From Desulfatiglandales bacterium (GTDB lineage: Bacteria; Desulfobacterota; DSM-4660; Desulfatiglandales; HGW-15): a DNA stretch of 64,000 bases. The notes under the pieces were generated by a model that did no database searches, was not told where the DNA came from, and saw only the letters and a program-made list of their open reading frames with translations. Positions within the stretch are counted from its first letter, which is position 1. Each line of letters starts with the position of its first letter. Below are positions 62,878 to 64,000 of this stretch, in pieces. The position numbers were made by a program, and so were the translations under genes. The stretch is taken from assembly GCA_963667015.2 (NCBI GenBank), contig CAXXJJ010000004.1, positions 1,184,001-1,248,000 on the forward strand. Direction: 5' to 3'.

Positions 62878-63720
62878 CTATCTCATTGTATAGTAACCCC
62901 TGTACTGGGTCATATTATCTATTTCAGCAATATCGGTTACAAAAATGCCTGATATCTCAAATCGGGGTTTTAAATATGGGAATTTCTCATACCTTGCCCA
63001 GCCAGGTTTTTTTATTGATACTGATTTTTCTACTGCGGCCCTGTACCAGTCGCCCGGTCCGTCAAACCACATTTCCATGAGCCGATGGTATGGACAATTG
63101 TTGATATCACTCTTAATCTTACTCGAGAGAATCCTCGTCACCTCCGGCATTTCTGCAAAAATTGGAATTACATCCTTATATAACCAGTCATCCCCTTCTC
63201 CATCAGAAACGCCTTCAGGATACCTGACTACAAACTGCCAACGATAATTGGGCCCATCTTCAATCGTTCTTTCTTTCCCTTTAAAATCTTCTTCCCACCA
63301 GACAGGAACAAATGCAAAAATGAAAGGCGGCTTGTCATTGTCACCGCCCGAAGATCTATGGCTATCCCCGTCCATGTTCTCGCCCAACTGTGCATCTGTG
63401 TCAGGTATCATGCCCTGCCATTTCAATGTATCCATCGGCATATATTCAGTGATGGTCTTGACCTTCAGGTCATCATGAAACGGATTTATCAGCCAGTAGT
63501 GCTCTGTCAACTGCATTCTGACGGTTCCAAACCTTTCACCTTCCGGAGGAGTGGGCAGTGCAGGGTAAAATGCATATTTGGTTACGTATGGCCCAAATTG
63601 AGAAATACTGTCTGCGATGTGATATCTATGTAACCAGTGTTTAAGCTTGTGTCGATAATCCTCCTTAACCACATCAACATATATAAGACTTCTCAGAGGT
63701 TGAAAATCTACTGCCACCAA
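62878..63720 (-). CDS. chi: Bacterial chalcone isomerase (Eubacterium ramulus CHI family)
   Basis: RSLIYVD..EDYR.KL..W....HI.DSISQF.PYVTKYAFYP, RMQLTEH.W, WQG, PFIFAF.P.WWE.D.KG..RTIEDG.NYR, terminal YRGY.TMR; TTG start with SD GGAGG. Confidence 0.88.
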   Translation of the reverse strand: MVAVDFQPLRSLIYVDVVKEDYRHKLKHWLHRYHIADSISQFGPYVTKYAFYPALPTPPEGERFGTVRMQLTEHYWLINPFHDDLKVKTITEYMPMDTLKWQGMIPDTDAQLGENMDGDSHRSSGGDNDKPPFIFAFVPVWWEEDFKGKERTIEDGPNYRWQFVVRYPEGVSDGEGDDWLYKDVIPIFAEMPEVTRILSSKIKSDINNCPYHRLMEMWFDGPGDWYRAAVEKSVSIKKPGWARYEKFPYLKPRFEISGIFVTDIAEIDNMTQYRGYYTMR

Positions 63721-63790
63721 TATCCTCCATTCGTTTATTCTCTATTCAATGAGTTTGTTAACATCCATAAAGACATTAATTCTGGTTGGA

Positions 63791-63874
63791 GCTATCAGCA
63801 CTCAGCTATCAGCTCTCAGCCAATCCTTTGTTTATAATAGCCTTCAGCTGAACGCTGATAGCTGAGCGCTAATC
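63791..63874. repeat. Inverted pair of heptamer tandem arrays upstream of chi
   Basis: GCTATCA GCACTCA GCTATCA GCTCTCA ... GCTGAAC GCTGATA GCTGAGC GCTAATC. Confidence 0.7.
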
Positions 63875-63951
63875 AATATATTTATACTGAACCTTATCTC
63901 CCGCCTTTTCTACACTCAGGTCTGCATATGGGTTATAATCAGTATTTGTAA

Positions 63952-63978
63952 CCACTTTGTATAAATTATACAAGGTGG
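63952..63978. promoter_or_regulatory. Operator-like palindrome upstream of the chi operon
   Basis: CCACTTTGTATAA-A-TTATACAAGGTGG, 12 of 13 positions complementary; contains TATAAT on the minus strand. Confidence 0.55.
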
Positions 63979-64000
63979 GTAAAAACACTTCCCAGTTTGA

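Noticed and set aside
56435..64000. Integrative element or genomic island at the tmRNA 3' end carrying the flavonoid operon
   Set aside because: No integrase next to ssrA and no duplicate of its 3' end seen in the window; the far boundary is not visible, so it is unproven rather than excluded

Overview
Chromosomal window of an anaerobic deltaproteobacterium (Desulfobacterota-like, inferred from gene content and order), mostly housekeeping genes. Left: a cysteine synthase-CysRS fusion with eroded synthetase motifs, a DUF362/polyferredoxin pair, a PatB/MalY lyase, a GAF sigma54 activator, a decayed IS4-like element, mscS, lptF, infA, a frameshifted waaA, a J-domain-receiver protein, dsbD and rlmD. 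Middle: a ~22-kb type IV pilus tip locus with two parallel pilW-pilV-pilX-pilY1 sets (PilY1 of 3120 and 940 aa), two FimT-like pilins, a PilZ protein and a PilB/GspE ATPase. Then recN, ligA, the ffh-rpsP-khpA-rimM-trmD-rplS-rnhB-yraN-rsmI block, ptsH-ptsI, smpB and tmRNA. Right of tmRNA are two promoter-plus-hairpin units (candidate sRNAs). The most notable feature is a six-gene operon resembling the gut-clostridial anaerobic flavonoid degradation pathway (chalcone isomerase, flavone reductase, phloretin hydrolase, OYE-type reductase) with an extra AprBA/SdhA-like ferredoxin-flavoprotein pair embedded. All family calls come from motif recognition by eye and from memory, not from database searches.
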